Virus record (IMG/VR): IMGVR_UViG_3300022868_000009
Coordinates: 248,001 to 312,000 of that record
Length of the DNA stretch: 64,000 bases
Reading direction: 5' to 3' (one strand)
Made by a program: the position numbers and the translations under genes. A model generated the notes under the pieces. That model searched no databases, was not told where the DNA came from, and saw only the letters and a program-made list of their open reading frames with translations. Of the stretch, positions 12,201 through 21,891 are shown piece by piece. The stretch's first letter is position 1. Each line of letters begins with the position of its first letter.

Positions 12201-12645
12201 TATCATCAATTTTACCAGTTAAATCAAAATTTACATGTATGTTAGGGTTAATTAATTCTTCGAAAAACCAGTTAGTTTTACTTTCAAATTTATCAATGTT
12301 ATTTAAATTACTAATAGGTACAGGTTCTCTATTAAGATCAACTTGATAGATCTTTTTTGTAGTTTGTCCATCTATAATATAAGTTGAACCTTGACCTTCT
12401 CCGCCTGTTAATTTTTTAATATTTTGATTTAGTAAATCTATTTGTGATTTCAAATAACCAACTGTAGGCATCTGAAATGTTGAATTAGTATAATTACCAC
12501 TATTATCTTTTATCACCCAATCAACTGTTACATTACTATCATTAGTTGATAGTAGATCATTTATTGATGATAAAATTTCTATACTATTTTTATTAAGAAT
12601 AGCAATATCTTCTAATAATTTAACAAAGGAATTTTCTTGACTCAT
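9295..12645 (-). CDS. Large virion structural protein with a central coiled coil
   Basis: 1116 aa; coiled-coil segments and a low-complexity S/T/P linker; late-type promoter at 12669-12677. Confidence 0.5.
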   Translation of the reverse strand: MSQENSFVKLLEDIAILNKNSIEILSSINDLLSTNDSNVTVDWVIKDNSGNYTNSTFQMPTVGYLKSQIDLLNQNIKKLTGGEGQGSTYIIDGQTTKKIYQVDLNREPVPISNLNNIDKFESKTNWFFEELINPNIHVNFDLTGKIDDRNKKVLVRRHIVKFQVGSYGQLTETGRNSLNSFIDTFLNKSDINYDTFINWYLAQPGVVDNLDPYKYLDEDIYDINLQTLNNVGFFSVLNTEDDTIRKKFWYHLNTLTYRTKDGVNKELSINDEIIINKKESNTRYKIIEISKASSTPKIIVERVEGYDPIPVGTDVLKIYSAGELDKSVNIGVGYNEYNLVFMKPVNTDNNIIGSVWSQGSAFYTNDLVLNTDNTIDLTSYYLDNIYDYGKLLKDLIRRQTPTDEALIPNKPVLEIDNFKVVQINKHLTDNGNSKEKKDLHTRKESIKSRLNQLNDSIIEKNKELNTKQYKSIGEKNKSQNELNRLITQQESESKQYGSIVNQISNVVTTLSASPKYRLRGFFDIPMARSLEDKIQDVVAFKIQYRYSAKDGQTNPIESFDIKPTVNLEDLSGQQGLTIDTSLLTQPNLKPDPTTSGSVINNPESSSAEFTPRSSQINAPSIGMTPSPTNTVITTASGQKIPLSNQTILQTQNTNGFFSNWKEYVTKPRERSFDSTKNVWYWVVEDVANAEKPNINQVDIPIKENESIEIKVKSISEVGWPDALIESEWSDIVKIDFPDEYENTNDDSQLITLQNSQESVRVEFDNEMDAKGVYRHVRDSFTQNDSYYAHNDKTLATSFRDAQGNLINLFDYLETLTNKISSLEEQVSRAKGELLVTLFKGTTETEIGNNSETNIIVECEDYGEISGATADRIYYNNIYVIKDYYISLKNIAQNNPLGLFSDRNYTVGGTNSFFQFTDDSSCYIDADGYLHNQEDNQFLWFSDNHNGQNLYSGITESDKATAYNWLNADGGTYGSNLGLTGTTFTRDDYTFNLLTGISWTDGTLTNQNAFLSSIYPLVIDISDLIDTGQEKLKLINGQEEMIIPINLYFKFDAVSGSSFTINPTEKPVSRILKRPLKIFVETENSIRPFQFTLIFNMKQHRTANYISTQSQVSVGFQ

Positions 12646-12764
12646 TTTGAAATGAATTTATTTTTTATTATATATTAAATTGAATCAATTAAAAGAAGGA
12701 AAATGATAATTATTATTTATCATAATTTTACGCCATTTTTAGCTAATGATAATAAGTTAAGTAA

Positions 12765-13520
12765 TTATAAATGCGGATCAAAATTAAAAAAAGTTATCTG
12801 TTCTTCTATTATTCTAAAAAAGAATTTTACTTCATTATTTTCTTTGTCAACATTTGTATATGGTGTAACTTTTTCAATCCAAGATTTATCTTGTGCAAAA
12901 TGTATTAACGATTGGTTTAAAAGTGTTTCATCTTTGTGATCTTCTTTAAATAAATCTAAAGACATAGTTTTACTAATTCTTAATTCATCTAATATTTTAA
13001 CTTCAGATTTTACATTAGACCACCAATCCACAAAATCTTTTTTAACTTGATGTAATAAATTTAAATTCTTAAGATTAGAATCTTTTAATCTCAACTTAAT
13101 TGATTTAACACATTGGTGTCTTGGAAAATCATACCTTAAAAATCTATCATTAATTTTAAATTTCCCTATTTTATAGACTAGATTTTTTATACTATTATAG
13201 AATCCATATTCTAAAATTTTATTCTTTATACCTATAAAAAATGATAATTTATCGTCTTTAATACTTCTTAATGTCAAAAATGCAGTTTCTAAACTTTTCT
13301 TCATTTCTAATTCACCAAGTAATTCATTAATCTTCGTTATTCTATCAGTTGAAAAAAAATAGTAAAAACTACCAGTATTTAAATAGTTTTGGAAAGCAAA
13401 ATCATTACCATGTTTATTAACCAAATCAAAAAAAATTCTAAATCCTTCTTTACCAGCTAACAATGGTTCTATTTGTATTTGTTCATTTATAAATTGTATA
13501 TATGTATTAATAACTTTCAT
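12765..13520 (-). CDS. Hypothetical protein with CTS-like leader (MKVINTYIQFINE)
   Basis: N-terminal motif shared with about 16 ORFs in the window. Confidence 0.6.
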   Translation of the reverse strand: MKVINTYIQFINEQIQIEPLLAGKEGFRIFFDLVNKHGNDFAFQNYLNTGSFYYFFSTDRITKINELLGELEMKKSLETAFLTLRSIKDDKLSFFIGIKNKILEYGFYNSIKNLVYKIGKFKINDRFLRYDFPRHQCVKSIKLRLKDSNLKNLNLLHQVKKDFVDWWSNVKSEVKILDELRISKTMSLDLFKEDHKDETLLNQSLIHFAQDKSWIEKVTPYTNVDKENNEVKFFFRIIEEQITFFNFDPHL

Positions 13521-13852
13521 AATAATCCAAGTTTAATTGCTTCTATTTTTGTATTTAAATCATTAATATTTTTAATATCCTCAGATTTACAAAATACATA
13601 GTTCGATTCACCACCCAAATTCTCTTCAATGCCAGTGTATGTTATTAAATTGTAATCTAGTTGATAAATTATACCTTTTATATAATTTTTAAAAGATTTT
13701 GGTTGTTGATCTGAATAACCATGCCCATCTTGCCAATATATCTTATTATTGAAAAACATTTCTTGCAATCTATAAAATTCTGATTTATCACACGATATAA
13801 TTAAATATTTTTCATTCGTTGTTCTTTCATTATATGTTTTTAAATACTTCAT
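13517..13852 (-). CDS. Small protein carrying both the MKYLKTYNE leader and the C-terminal EAIKLGLL tag
   Basis: Both motifs visible; core resembles the 55.9-62.4 kb family (..LQEMFFNNKIYW..). Confidence 0.75.
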   Translation of the reverse strand: MKYLKTYNERTTNEKYLIISCDKSEFYRLQEMFFNNKIYWQDGHGYSDQQPKSFKNYIKGIIYQLDYNLITYTGIEENLGGESNYVFCKSEDIKNINDLNTKIEAIKLGLL

Positions 13853-14337
13853 TAATAACTTTCATATCCATAAACACTATTCAAATATTCCTCTTTACTT
13901 ACTTTTGTTTCTTTACCATTTTTGTAAATATAATACTCACTTGGTGCAGTTTTAATTTTATCTTCATTAACAAAATTATTATATCGCATAATATTATTCT
14001 CATTATTCATGCCTGTCTCACCAACTAATGAATTTGGACTGCTTTCATCACTTCTATTAAATTTCTGATCATAATCAGCATTTACAATAGATTTTTCATA
14101 GAATTGATCTACAATAGCCTTAGCAATATCATAATCACCTTTACCAATATTCTCATCGAATATTTTTTTGATTCTGTTCTGATTTTCAGCCATCATCATA
14201 TTAAGAAAATCGTTAGCTTCCTGGTCATTATACTCAGTACCAGCATCTCTCTTATTTTCTTTAATGATATCCTTGATAATTTCTTGGATAGTCTGAAATT
14301 TATTGTCAACTTCTTTTGGTGTGAATTCTGTATACAT
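13852..14337 (-). CDS. Hypothetical protein
   Basis: 161 aa ORF behind the TATATA motif at ~14367; internal MRYNNFVNE resembles the leader motif. Confidence 0.55.
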   Translation of the reverse strand: MYTEFTPKEVDNKFQTIQEIIKDIIKENKRDAGTEYNDQEANDFLNMMMAENQNRIKKIFDENIGKGDYDIAKAIVDQFYEKSIVNADYDQKFNRSDESSPNSLVGETGMNNENNIMRYNNFVNEDKIKTAPSEYYIYKNGKETKVSKEEYLNSVYGYESY

Positions 14338-14439
14338 ATCTTTTAAATTTTATTTTCATTCAACAGTATATATAAAAATTTAATTGTAAACTAAATATCC
14401 AATGATTAATATAATTTTAAATAAAAGAAAAACATACAA

Positions 14440-16071
14440 ATGATCACAATAAACGATCTTAACATACACTTCCCACTAAAACTTATACCAAGAAACCAAC
14501 AAATAGAATCACTACATTTTGTTAAAGAATCAATTAATACTGGTAATAAATTTGTACTTCTTAATATACCAACAGGTGTGGGTAAATCATATTTCGCAAT
14601 AATGTTTATGAACTGGTATAGAAACTTTGTTAATGAAGATGCAAAATTTGATATTTTAACAAACTCTAAAGTACTACAAAACCAATATATAAAAGATTAT
14701 GTTTTTATAGAAAATTTTAAAGGTAGAAGTAATTATAAATGTGAACCTTTTAACACAGACTGTGAACAAGGAAAAGAATTATGTTCAATTATGAAAAGAA
14801 AATGTTCAGATTGTCCATATGATATGGCAAAAGAAAAATGGAAAAACAGTAATATCTCACTTACAAACTTCCATTTATTTAACACAATTGCATTATATTT
14901 GCCATCTTTATTAAAAGAAAGATCTTCTAATGTTCTATTAATAGATGAAGCACACGATTTTGAAAATGTTTTTTGTGATTTCATTTCAACAAGATTAAAT
15001 GTTAGAGGTCTTAAAATGATGGGTTTTACATTATCAGAATTAGAAAAAATAGACAAACAAATACAAAAAGTAAAAAGGATTGACCAATATGTTAATTTAC
15101 TTGAACGAGTTATAATACCAGACTTAAATGAAAAAGATGTACTATTTTCAAAAGAGGTTATAGAAAAATCAATTACATCAAAAAGAAAAACAGAAATAAC
15201 TAAATATATATCTCAAATACAAACAAACAAATTAAAATATAAAAACTTTATCGAAGAATTCAAAAAAAATAAAAATAACTGGGTTCTAGATATTAATCTT
15301 AACAAAAAAGCCAAAATATATTCCGGAATTGAATTAATAACACAACCAGTATGGGGTAATGAATATTTAAAAGAATCTATATGGGATAAATATGACCATG
15401 TTATATTTATGTCTGGCACCATTCTAAATAAAGAAATGTTTAGCTATATAAATGGACTGGATAAAGAAGTTTCAACATATTATGAAATGAATAGTCCATT
15501 TTCTATTAAAAGAAGACCAATATATTATATAAAAGCTGGTAAAATGACTTATAATGAAAAAATAGAAACATTCAAAAATCAAAAAGAATGGATTAAAAAA
15601 ATTATAAAGAAAAACGCTAAAAGAAAAGGTATAATACATACAACTACATATGAATTCGCAGATATGTTAAAAACCCAAATTTATAACAAAAGATTAATTT
15701 TTCATGAAACAAAAAACCGTGAAGAAATGTTAAATAAACATATTGATAGCAAACAACCGACAATATTAGTAAGCCCAAGTATGAATAGTGGTGTTGATTT
15801 AAAAGATGATTTAAGCAGATTTCAAATTATAATGAAAATACCTTTCCCAAATATTAGTAGCAATAAGATTAAGCAAAGACAAAAAACAAATAAAGAATGG
15901 TATAACTGGAAAACATGTGTTGATTTTATTCAATCTTATGGTAGGTCATTGCGATCTGAAGAGGACTGGGCTGAAACGTATGTACTAGATTCTAGTTTAT
16001 CAACGTTACTTAAATATAATAGTAATTTAATTCCGAGATATATCACTGACGCTATTAAAGTTCTAAAATAA
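14440..16071 (+). CDS. DinG/XPD-family ATP-dependent helicase with Fe-S cysteines
   Basis: PTGVGKS, KGRSNYKC..C..C..CPY, DEAH, SGT, KIPFPN, QSYGRSLRSEEDWA. Confidence 0.88.
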   Translation: MITINDLNIHFPLKLIPRNQQIESLHFVKESINTGNKFVLLNIPTGVGKSYFAIMFMNWYRNFVNEDAKFDILTNSKVLQNQYIKDYVFIENFKGRSNYKCEPFNTDCEQGKELCSIMKRKCSDCPYDMAKEKWKNSNISLTNFHLFNTIALYLPSLLKERSSNVLLIDEAHDFENVFCDFISTRLNVRGLKMMGFTLSELEKIDKQIQKVKRIDQYVNLLERVIIPDLNEKDVLFSKEVIEKSITSKRKTEITKYISQIQTNKLKYKNFIEEFKKNKNNWVLDINLNKKAKIYSGIELITQPVWGNEYLKESIWDKYDHVIFMSGTILNKEMFSYINGLDKEVSTYYEMNSPFSIKRRPIYYIKAGKMTYNEKIETFKNQKEWIKKIIKKNAKRKGIIHTTTYEFADMLKTQIYNKRLIFHETKNREEMLNKHIDSKQPTILVSPSMNSGVDLKDDLSRFQIIMKIPFPNISSNKIKQRQKTNKEWYNWKTCVDFIQSYGRSLRSEEDWAETYVLDSSLSTLLKYNSNLIPRYITDAIKVLK

Positions 16072-16078
16072 ACAAGAA

Positions 16079-16102
16079 AACCTCCTATTAATATAGGAGG
16101 TT
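16079..16102. terminator. Bidirectional intrinsic terminator hairpin
   Basis: aacctcctat-taat-ataggaggtt between convergent genes. Confidence 0.75.
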
Positions 16103-16105
16103 ATA

Positions 16106-16471
16106 TTATTTATTGTATGATCCTGTGTTTGTCCAATCTCTTTTAGTTACCAATCCTGTTTGTTTTTTAAATTCTGTTTCTTGTGTTATTGATAAATTTT
16201 TATAACCATTTACAAGATTTGTAACTTTATCTAAACCTTTTTGATATGTTTCATCCGTTTCATCTTCAAATTTTTTATACCATTTTTTAGTAATAGCTGA
16301 CCACATAGGTTCACTACCCACCTCCGGATGATTTTCCTTATAATCTTGTAAATATTTTGTGCATTCTTCATAATCACCACAATTATCTATGTAATCCAAC
16401 ACATCTTGTAAATCATTATCATCTTGTAAATCATTATCTTGTAAATTTTCAAATTTTTTTAAGTGTTTCAT
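16106..16471 (-). CDS. Hypothetical protein with CTS-like leader (MKHLKKFE); start probably 16471 rather than 16501
   Basis: Leader motif begins at the second Met; short LQD(D)ND tandem repeat. Confidence 0.55.
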   Translation of the reverse strand: MKHLKKFENLQDNDLQDDNDLQDVLDYIDNCGDYEECTKYLQDYKENHPEVGSEPMWSAITKKWYKKFEDETDETYQKGLDKVTNLVNGYKNLSITQETEFKKQTGLVTKRDWTNTGSYNK

Positions 16472-16505
16472 AATCGTTTTTTTTTTGTTGTCATTTGACA
16501 TATAT

Positions 16506-17126
16506 TTAAAATTTTTGGATAAACCAAAAATTATCTCTTCCCCAAGTGGTCTTTACAATTTTCCCTTTAGCTTGTAAATCAGTTAAAACATTATTAACAT
16601 CAGCTTCAGAAAAACCAACATGACCAGCAATAGTATAAGAACTCATCTTAACACCTTTATCTTTCATAACATGTAAAACATCATTACCTATTTCATTAAT
16701 ATCTTTAGAAATACCTTTAGTTTTTCCTAAAGTATTTAAACCTTTTGGTCCTTCACTTTGTAAATCATTAATAGTCTTAGAAATACCTAAAACTGGTTTT
16801 GCAATAGCTGGTCCTTTAGCTTTTGTATCATTCAATTGATCTAAACTATAACCTGGTTGATTACCTTCAAATTTTTGAATAAATTCAAATTTATCGTGTC
16901 CTAATATATTATTCTTAACGATATGACCACCGTCTTCTAGACCTTTTAGTATATTGTTAACTTGAGCTACAGTAACAGCACCACCCAAAGCGGTTTTAAT
17001 TGACATAGCAGTTGCAGGAACGCCTTTATCTTTCATTGCTGATATAACTTGATCTTTTAAATCACCTATTTCTTTTGCTACTTTATTAGCTTCTGTGATA
17101 AACTCTGTTAATGTTTTAATTTTCAT
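16506..17126 (-). CDS. Tandem winged-helix (Zalpha-like) protein with CTS-like leader
   Basis: Two repeats of V..MKDKGV.....I....G....VNN(I/V)L..L...G.IVK; leader MKIKTLTEFITE. Confidence 0.65.
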   Translation of the reverse strand: MKIKTLTEFITEANKVAKEIGDLKDQVISAMKDKGVPATAMSIKTALGGAVTVAQVNNILKGLEDGGHIVKNNILGHDKFEFIQKFEGNQPGYSLDQLNDTKAKGPAIAKPVLGISKTINDLQSEGPKGLNTLGKTKGISKDINEIGNDVLHVMKDKGVKMSSYTIAGHVGFSEADVNNVLTDLQAKGKIVKTTWGRDNFWFIQKF

Positions 17127-17171
17127 AATAACAATTATTATTTTTTCTTTTACTTATATATAAAAGTTAAA

Positions 17172-17230
17172 AATTCATTTTTTTAATTCAATACTATATA
17201 TAAAATTCGATTACCTAAAATTTTTAAACT
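17172..17230 (+). repeat. 59-bp direct repeat, copy 1
   Basis: aattcatttttttaattcaatactatatataaaattcgattacctaaaatttttaaact, identical to 18006-18064. Confidence 0.9.
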
Positions 17231-17231
17231 A

Positions 17232-18005
17232 TCATAATTTTATATTTGGAAATAGGTTTTTAACATTATCATAATAAAGATTTCTAATATCATCTATAGA
17301 TATATTAAATTCTTCTAATAAATTAGTTGGAGAATGTTTAGTTTTACCTGTCAGAACATCTTCAAAAAAATTTAATTTTTCGTCTAATAAAGTTTTAAAA
17401 TCTGATTTTTGTCTTTTTGCCATTTTATTTATACCTCTTAAGTATGCTAAAATTTCATCTGGTGTGATGATTTTATTTAATAATCCATTTTTTTCTTTAA
17501 TCATTATGTTATATAAATGTTTATTATTATAAGTAATATTATATCTTTTAGATAATTTATCATTATAATCTGATTTAACCATGTCGATTATTTCATCTGT
17601 AAAGTATTTTTGGAAATGTGACATTTCATGATCAACTAATTCAGATATTTTATAAGATAATTCCTCATATATTTTTTTAATATTGAGTGGATTTAATTTA
17701 ATTTCTTCAATAGGAATACTAAATGTTATTACACTTACAAATATCATAAAATTTGTAGTTTTTGGTAAAATTTGACCACCAACTTTAACTGAATAATTAT
17801 CACTTTTTTTAAAATTGATATCAATATCAAAATAAAATCTAATATCATCAAATTTTTTTTCCTCTTTAATTTTTATACTCTTTGAATCATTAATATTTTC
17901 AACATTCTCAATTATATCAACACATTTATTAAAAAAATATTTTTGTAATGATTTTCTAATCTCTCTCTTTAAATTAAAATATTCGTAATATTTAATATAC
18001 TTCAT
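17232..18005 (-). CDS. Putative zincin-motif protein with CTS-like leader
   Basis: HEMSH plus a downstream E (PDEILAY); leader MKYIKYYEYF; flanked by 59-bp direct repeats. Confidence 0.55.
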   Translation of the reverse strand: MKYIKYYEYFNLKREIRKSLQKYFFNKCVDIIENVENINDSKSIKIKEEKKFDDIRFYFDIDINFKKSDNYSVKVGGQILPKTTNFMIFVSVITFSIPIEEIKLNPLNIKKIYEELSYKISELVDHEMSHFQKYFTDEIIDMVKSDYNDKLSKRYNITYNNKHLYNIMIKEKNGLLNKIITPDEILAYLRGINKMAKRQKSDFKTLLDEKLNFFEDVLTGKTKHSPTNLLEEFNISIDDIRNLYYDNVKNLFPNIKL

Positions 18006-18064
18006 AATTCATTTTTTTAATTCAATACTATATATAAAATTCGATTACCTAAAATTTTTAAACT
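18006..18064 (+). repeat. 59-bp direct repeat, copy 2
   Basis: Identical to 17172-17230. Confidence 0.9.
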
Positions 18065-18120
18065 TATAACTCTTATTAATATATATTTTTCGGAGAAACA
18101 CATAAAATTCAATAAATATT

Positions 18121-21100
18121 ATGACGAAAAAACTTGAAGAACGATATAAAAAATTAACCCATCGTGAGCATATTCTACAACGACCAGAAACATATATTGG
18201 TTCAACTGTCACAGAACTTAAAAAAATGTTCATTATCGAAGATATAAATGATATTAAAAATTTAAATATTGTAAATCAAATGGTACATTATAATCCAGGT
18301 TTTATTAAAATATTTGATGAAATAATTACAAATGCATCAGATCATTATATTAGAACAAAAAAAGTCAAATATATTAAAGTTATTATAGAAAAAGATCATA
18401 TTTCAATTGAAAATGATGGTCCTGGCATACCAGTAGAAATACATAAAAAAGAAAAAATTTATGTACCAGAATTAATATTCGGTCACCTTTTAACTGGAGA
18501 AAATTATGACGATACAGAAGAAAGAATAGTAGGCGGTAGAAACGGATATGGTTCAAAACTCACTAATACATACTCAACGAAATTTATTGTAGAAACTGCA
18601 GATGGTACAAATAAATATAAACAAGAATTTTCAAATAATCTTGAAATAAAAGGTAAACCAAAAATTACAAAAAATAAAAAGAATTTTACAAAAATAACAT
18701 TCTATCCAGATTTTAATAGATTTGGTCTAACAGAAATTACAGAAGAACTTCAACAAATAATGCTGAAAAGATGTGTGGACATATCTGTATATTGTCCAAA
18801 TGTAAAAGTATATTATAACAATACATTAATACCTGTTAAAACATTTAAAGACTATATGAAAATGTATGTTGAAGACCAAGACTATTTTTATGAAAAAGTA
18901 AACACATCATGGGAGATTGGAGTATCCAAATCCGAAGACGATTTATTCCAACAAATATCAATGGTAAATAGTATATCAACTTATCAAGGTGGAACTCATG
19001 TTAATTTTATAACTAAACAAATAACAAAAGGTGTTGCTGATATCTTAAATAAGAAATATAAAAATATTAATATTAAAGAAGCAGATATTAAAAGAAACCT
19101 TTTCATATTCGTTAATTCTAAAATAGTAAATCCTTCTTTTGATACACAAACAAAAGAAAACCTAATAACAAGAATGACACAGAAAAACACTGAAGGTGTA
19201 AACATATCAGATAAATTCTTGAAATTGCTAGCTTCTTCAGAAATAATGGAGAGCGTTCTTAGATATATCGAAGCAAAAGAAAAATCATCATTGGCTAAAG
19301 AAAGTGGTAAGAAGGTTTCTAAAGTTAGGATTAAAAAACTTGACGATGCAAATAAAGCAGGTACTACTCAATCACAAAAATGTATGTTATTCTTAACAGA
19401 AGGTGATTCAGCTTTATCTACGGCTTTATCAGGATTCGCAGTAACAGGTAGAGATTATTATGGAGCATTCCCCTTGAAAGGAAAACCTTTGAATGTCAGA
19501 GACATCGCAATGGATAAAATACGAGCCAATGAAGAAATTAAAAACATAGTATCAGCATTAGGATTAGAATATGGTAAAAAATATAAATCAACAAAAGATC
19601 TGAGATATGGCAAAGTTGTTATTATGTCTGACCAAGATTTGGATGGATATCACATTAAAGGATTATTAATAAATCTATTTGATACATTTTGGCCCGAATT
19701 ATTACAATTAGATTTTTTATATGAATTTATAACACCAATTGTTAAAGTAACAAAAGGAAAACAATATAAATATTTCTACAGATTAGAAGAATATAGAAAA
19801 TGGAAAAATAGCTCAGATACAAAAGGATTTTTTGTTAAATATTATAAAGGTCTTGGTACAATAGAACCAAAGGAATCTAAAAGATTTTTCAAAAATATCG
19901 CAAAACACTTAATAAGATTTAATTATAAAGATGAAGAAAAAACCGAAAATCTTATTGATTTAGCTTTCAATAAAAAAAGAGCAGAAGATAGGAAAAAATG
20001 GTTACTTAACTATAATCCAGCCAACGAAATAGATAAATTCACAACAAAAACAACTATTGATTCATTTATAGACGATGAACTAATAGAATTTTCAATGGCA
20101 GATAATATAAGATCAATACCTTCATTGTTAGATGGTTTAAAACCATCACAAAGGAAAATCTTATTTACAATGTTTTTGAATAATTATAAAAATGAAGTTA
20201 AAGTCAATCAACTAAGTGGTTCTATTATTGATAAATCAGCATATCACCATGGACCTGCTAGTTTAGAACAAGGCATAGTTGGAATGGCACAAAATTTTGT
20301 TGGTTCCAATAATATAAACTTATTAGTACCAAATGGTCAATTTGGTACAAGAATAACTGGTGGTAAAGATAGCTCTGCGTCAAGATATATCTTCACAAAA
20401 TTAAATAAAATATCTAATGTTATTTTTGATAAAAGAGATACAGATGTTTTAAATCACAATTATGATGATGGTAAGAAAATAGAACCTGAATATTATATAC
20501 CAGTAATACCAATGATACTTGTAAATGGTGCAAAAGGAATCGGAACAGGTTATTCTACAGATATTACACAATTTAATCCTGTTGATATAATAGAATATTA
20601 TGAAAACAAACTCACTAAAAAGAAAACAGACAAAATAATAAAGCCTTGGTTCAATGGATTTAAAGGTGAAATTAAATGGGATGAAGAAAATGGTAGATAT
20701 CTAACAAAAGGTATTTATGAGAAATTAAATGCAACAACAATTAGAATAACAGAATTACCAATCGGTACCTGGAATGATAAATATTTTGATCATTTAGATA
20801 AATTAATTGATAGAAAAGTTATTAAAGATTATACCAAAAATTGTACTGATATAGAAATAGATATTACTATTAATATAGGTAGAGAAGAAATCCAAAATAT
20901 TGATAGTATTAATAAAGTTTTTAATCTTATTAGTTATATAAGCCTAGACAACTTAAACGTGATGGATAAAGAAGGTAAAATAAAGAAATATAAAGATCAA
21001 TATGAAATATTAGATGATTTCTTAGTTATAAGATTAAATTATTATAAATTAAGAAAAGAAAATATGTTAGCTAAATTAAAACGTGAAAAATCTATTCTTT

Positions 21101-21384
21101 ATAATAAAATGAAATTTATCAAATATATTCTAGAAGATAAACTGGATTTTAAAAACAAAAAAAGAGTAACAATAGAAAAATCCATGATCGAATTAGGCTT
21201 AAAAAAAATTGATGATAATCTAGATTATTTGTTAAATATGAACTTTTTATCATTAAGTAATGAAAAATTACGTGATTTAAAAAACACATATGAAAATAAA
21301 AAGAGTGAAATTGATGTTATTCAAAATATATCAATAAATAAAATGTGGTTAACTGATTTACAAAATGTTAAAAAATTATTATAA
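18121..21384 (+). CDS. Type IIA DNA topoisomerase, single polypeptide (ATPase + TOPRIM + breakage-reunion domains fused)
   Basis: HILQRPETYIGS, GGRNGYGSK, TEGDSA, PLKGK, DQDLDG, YYKGLGT, DGLKPSQRK, YHHG, SRYIF (catalytic Tyr). Confidence 0.95.
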   Translation: MTKKLEERYKKLTHREHILQRPETYIGSTVTELKKMFIIEDINDIKNLNIVNQMVHYNPGFIKIFDEIITNASDHYIRTKKVKYIKVIIEKDHISIENDGPGIPVEIHKKEKIYVPELIFGHLLTGENYDDTEERIVGGRNGYGSKLTNTYSTKFIVETADGTNKYKQEFSNNLEIKGKPKITKNKKNFTKITFYPDFNRFGLTEITEELQQIMLKRCVDISVYCPNVKVYYNNTLIPVKTFKDYMKMYVEDQDYFYEKVNTSWEIGVSKSEDDLFQQISMVNSISTYQGGTHVNFITKQITKGVADILNKKYKNINIKEADIKRNLFIFVNSKIVNPSFDTQTKENLITRMTQKNTEGVNISDKFLKLLASSEIMESVLRYIEAKEKSSLAKESGKKVSKVRIKKLDDANKAGTTQSQKCMLFLTEGDSALSTALSGFAVTGRDYYGAFPLKGKPLNVRDIAMDKIRANEEIKNIVSALGLEYGKKYKSTKDLRYGKVVIMSDQDLDGYHIKGLLINLFDTFWPELLQLDFLYEFITPIVKVTKGKQYKYFYRLEEYRKWKNSSDTKGFFVKYYKGLGTIEPKESKRFFKNIAKHLIRFNYKDEEKTENLIDLAFNKKRAEDRKKWLLNYNPANEIDKFTTKTTIDSFIDDELIEFSMADNIRSIPSLLDGLKPSQRKILFTMFLNNYKNEVKVNQLSGSIIDKSAYHHGPASLEQGIVGMAQNFVGSNNINLLVPNGQFGTRITGGKDSSASRYIFTKLNKISNVIFDKRDTDVLNHNYDDGKKIEPEYYIPVIPMILVNGAKGIGTGYSTDITQFNPVDIIEYYENKLTKKKTDKIIKPWFNGFKGEIKWDEENGRYLTKGIYEKLNATTIRITELPIGTWNDKYFDHLDKLIDRKVIKDYTKNCTDIEIDITINIGREEIQNIDSINKVFNLISYISLDNLNVMDKEGKIKKYKDQYEILDDFLVIRLNYYKLRKENMLAKLKREKSILYNKMKFIKYILEDKLDFKNKKRVTIEKSMIELGLKKIDDNLDYLLNMNFLSLSNEKLRDLKNTYENKKSEIDVIQNISINKMWLTDLQNVKKLL

Positions 21385-21410
21385 TATTTTATTTTTTTGA
21401 ATAATTATTA

Positions 21411-21418
21411 TATATTTG
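21411..21418 (+). promoter_or_regulatory. Bacteroidota-type -7 element TATATTTG
   Basis: Matches TAnnTTTG; ATG starts 5 nt after the motif's last base (21423). Confidence 0.5.
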
Positions 21419-21422
21419 TATT

Positions 21423-21812
21423 ATGGAAAGGGAATATGAAAAATTAAAATTTATACTTAATAAAAAACCCCATAAAAGAGGTATAACTAACTATAATAAA
21501 TATTGGGATAGTTTAAGAAAAGAATCAGAAGAAGAATATTTTAGACAACAATATGAATTAGTAGAAGATGAATTACATGTGTGGTTTAGTAGAAAAACTG
21601 TTACTTCATTTATGTATAAATTATTTATTGGTTTATCTATAGTATTTATATTTTTGAATGTTATATTAGCTTTAATTTTCTTAGTGTTATCTTTTATTTC
21701 ACAATTATATATGAAACACAGTGACCAAAAAATTATAAGTACACAATTTTTTTACCGACTATTAGAAATAGATGAAAAAACTGAACCTTTTTCAGAAATA
21801 GATAAAAATTGA
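21423..21812 (+). CDS. Hypothetical membrane protein
   Basis: Long hydrophobic stretch LFIGLSIVFIFLNVILALIFLVLSFI. Confidence 0.6.
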   Translation: MEREYEKLKFILNKKPHKRGITNYNKYWDSLRKESEEEYFRQQYELVEDELHVWFSRKTVTSFMYKLFIGLSIVFIFLNVILALIFLVLSFISQLYMKHSDQKIISTQFFYRLLEIDEKTEPFSEIDKN

Positions 21813-21838
21813 AAACTTAAAAAATTGTTTAAAAAAAT

Positions 21839-21868
21839 TAAAACCAATCTGGTATCAGATTGGTTTTA
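21839..21868. terminator. Bidirectional terminator hairpin
   Basis: taaaaccaatctg-gtat-cagattggtttta between convergent genes. Confidence 0.75.
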
Positions 21869-21891
21869 AAATTTATATTAAATTTATTACT

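Noticed and set aside
18121-21384. Eukaryotic or NCLDV origin of the contig
   Set aside because: UvsW/UvsY, gp6- and gp14-like genes, bS21, HU, M23 peptidase and bacterial promoters and terminators indicate a bacteriophage.
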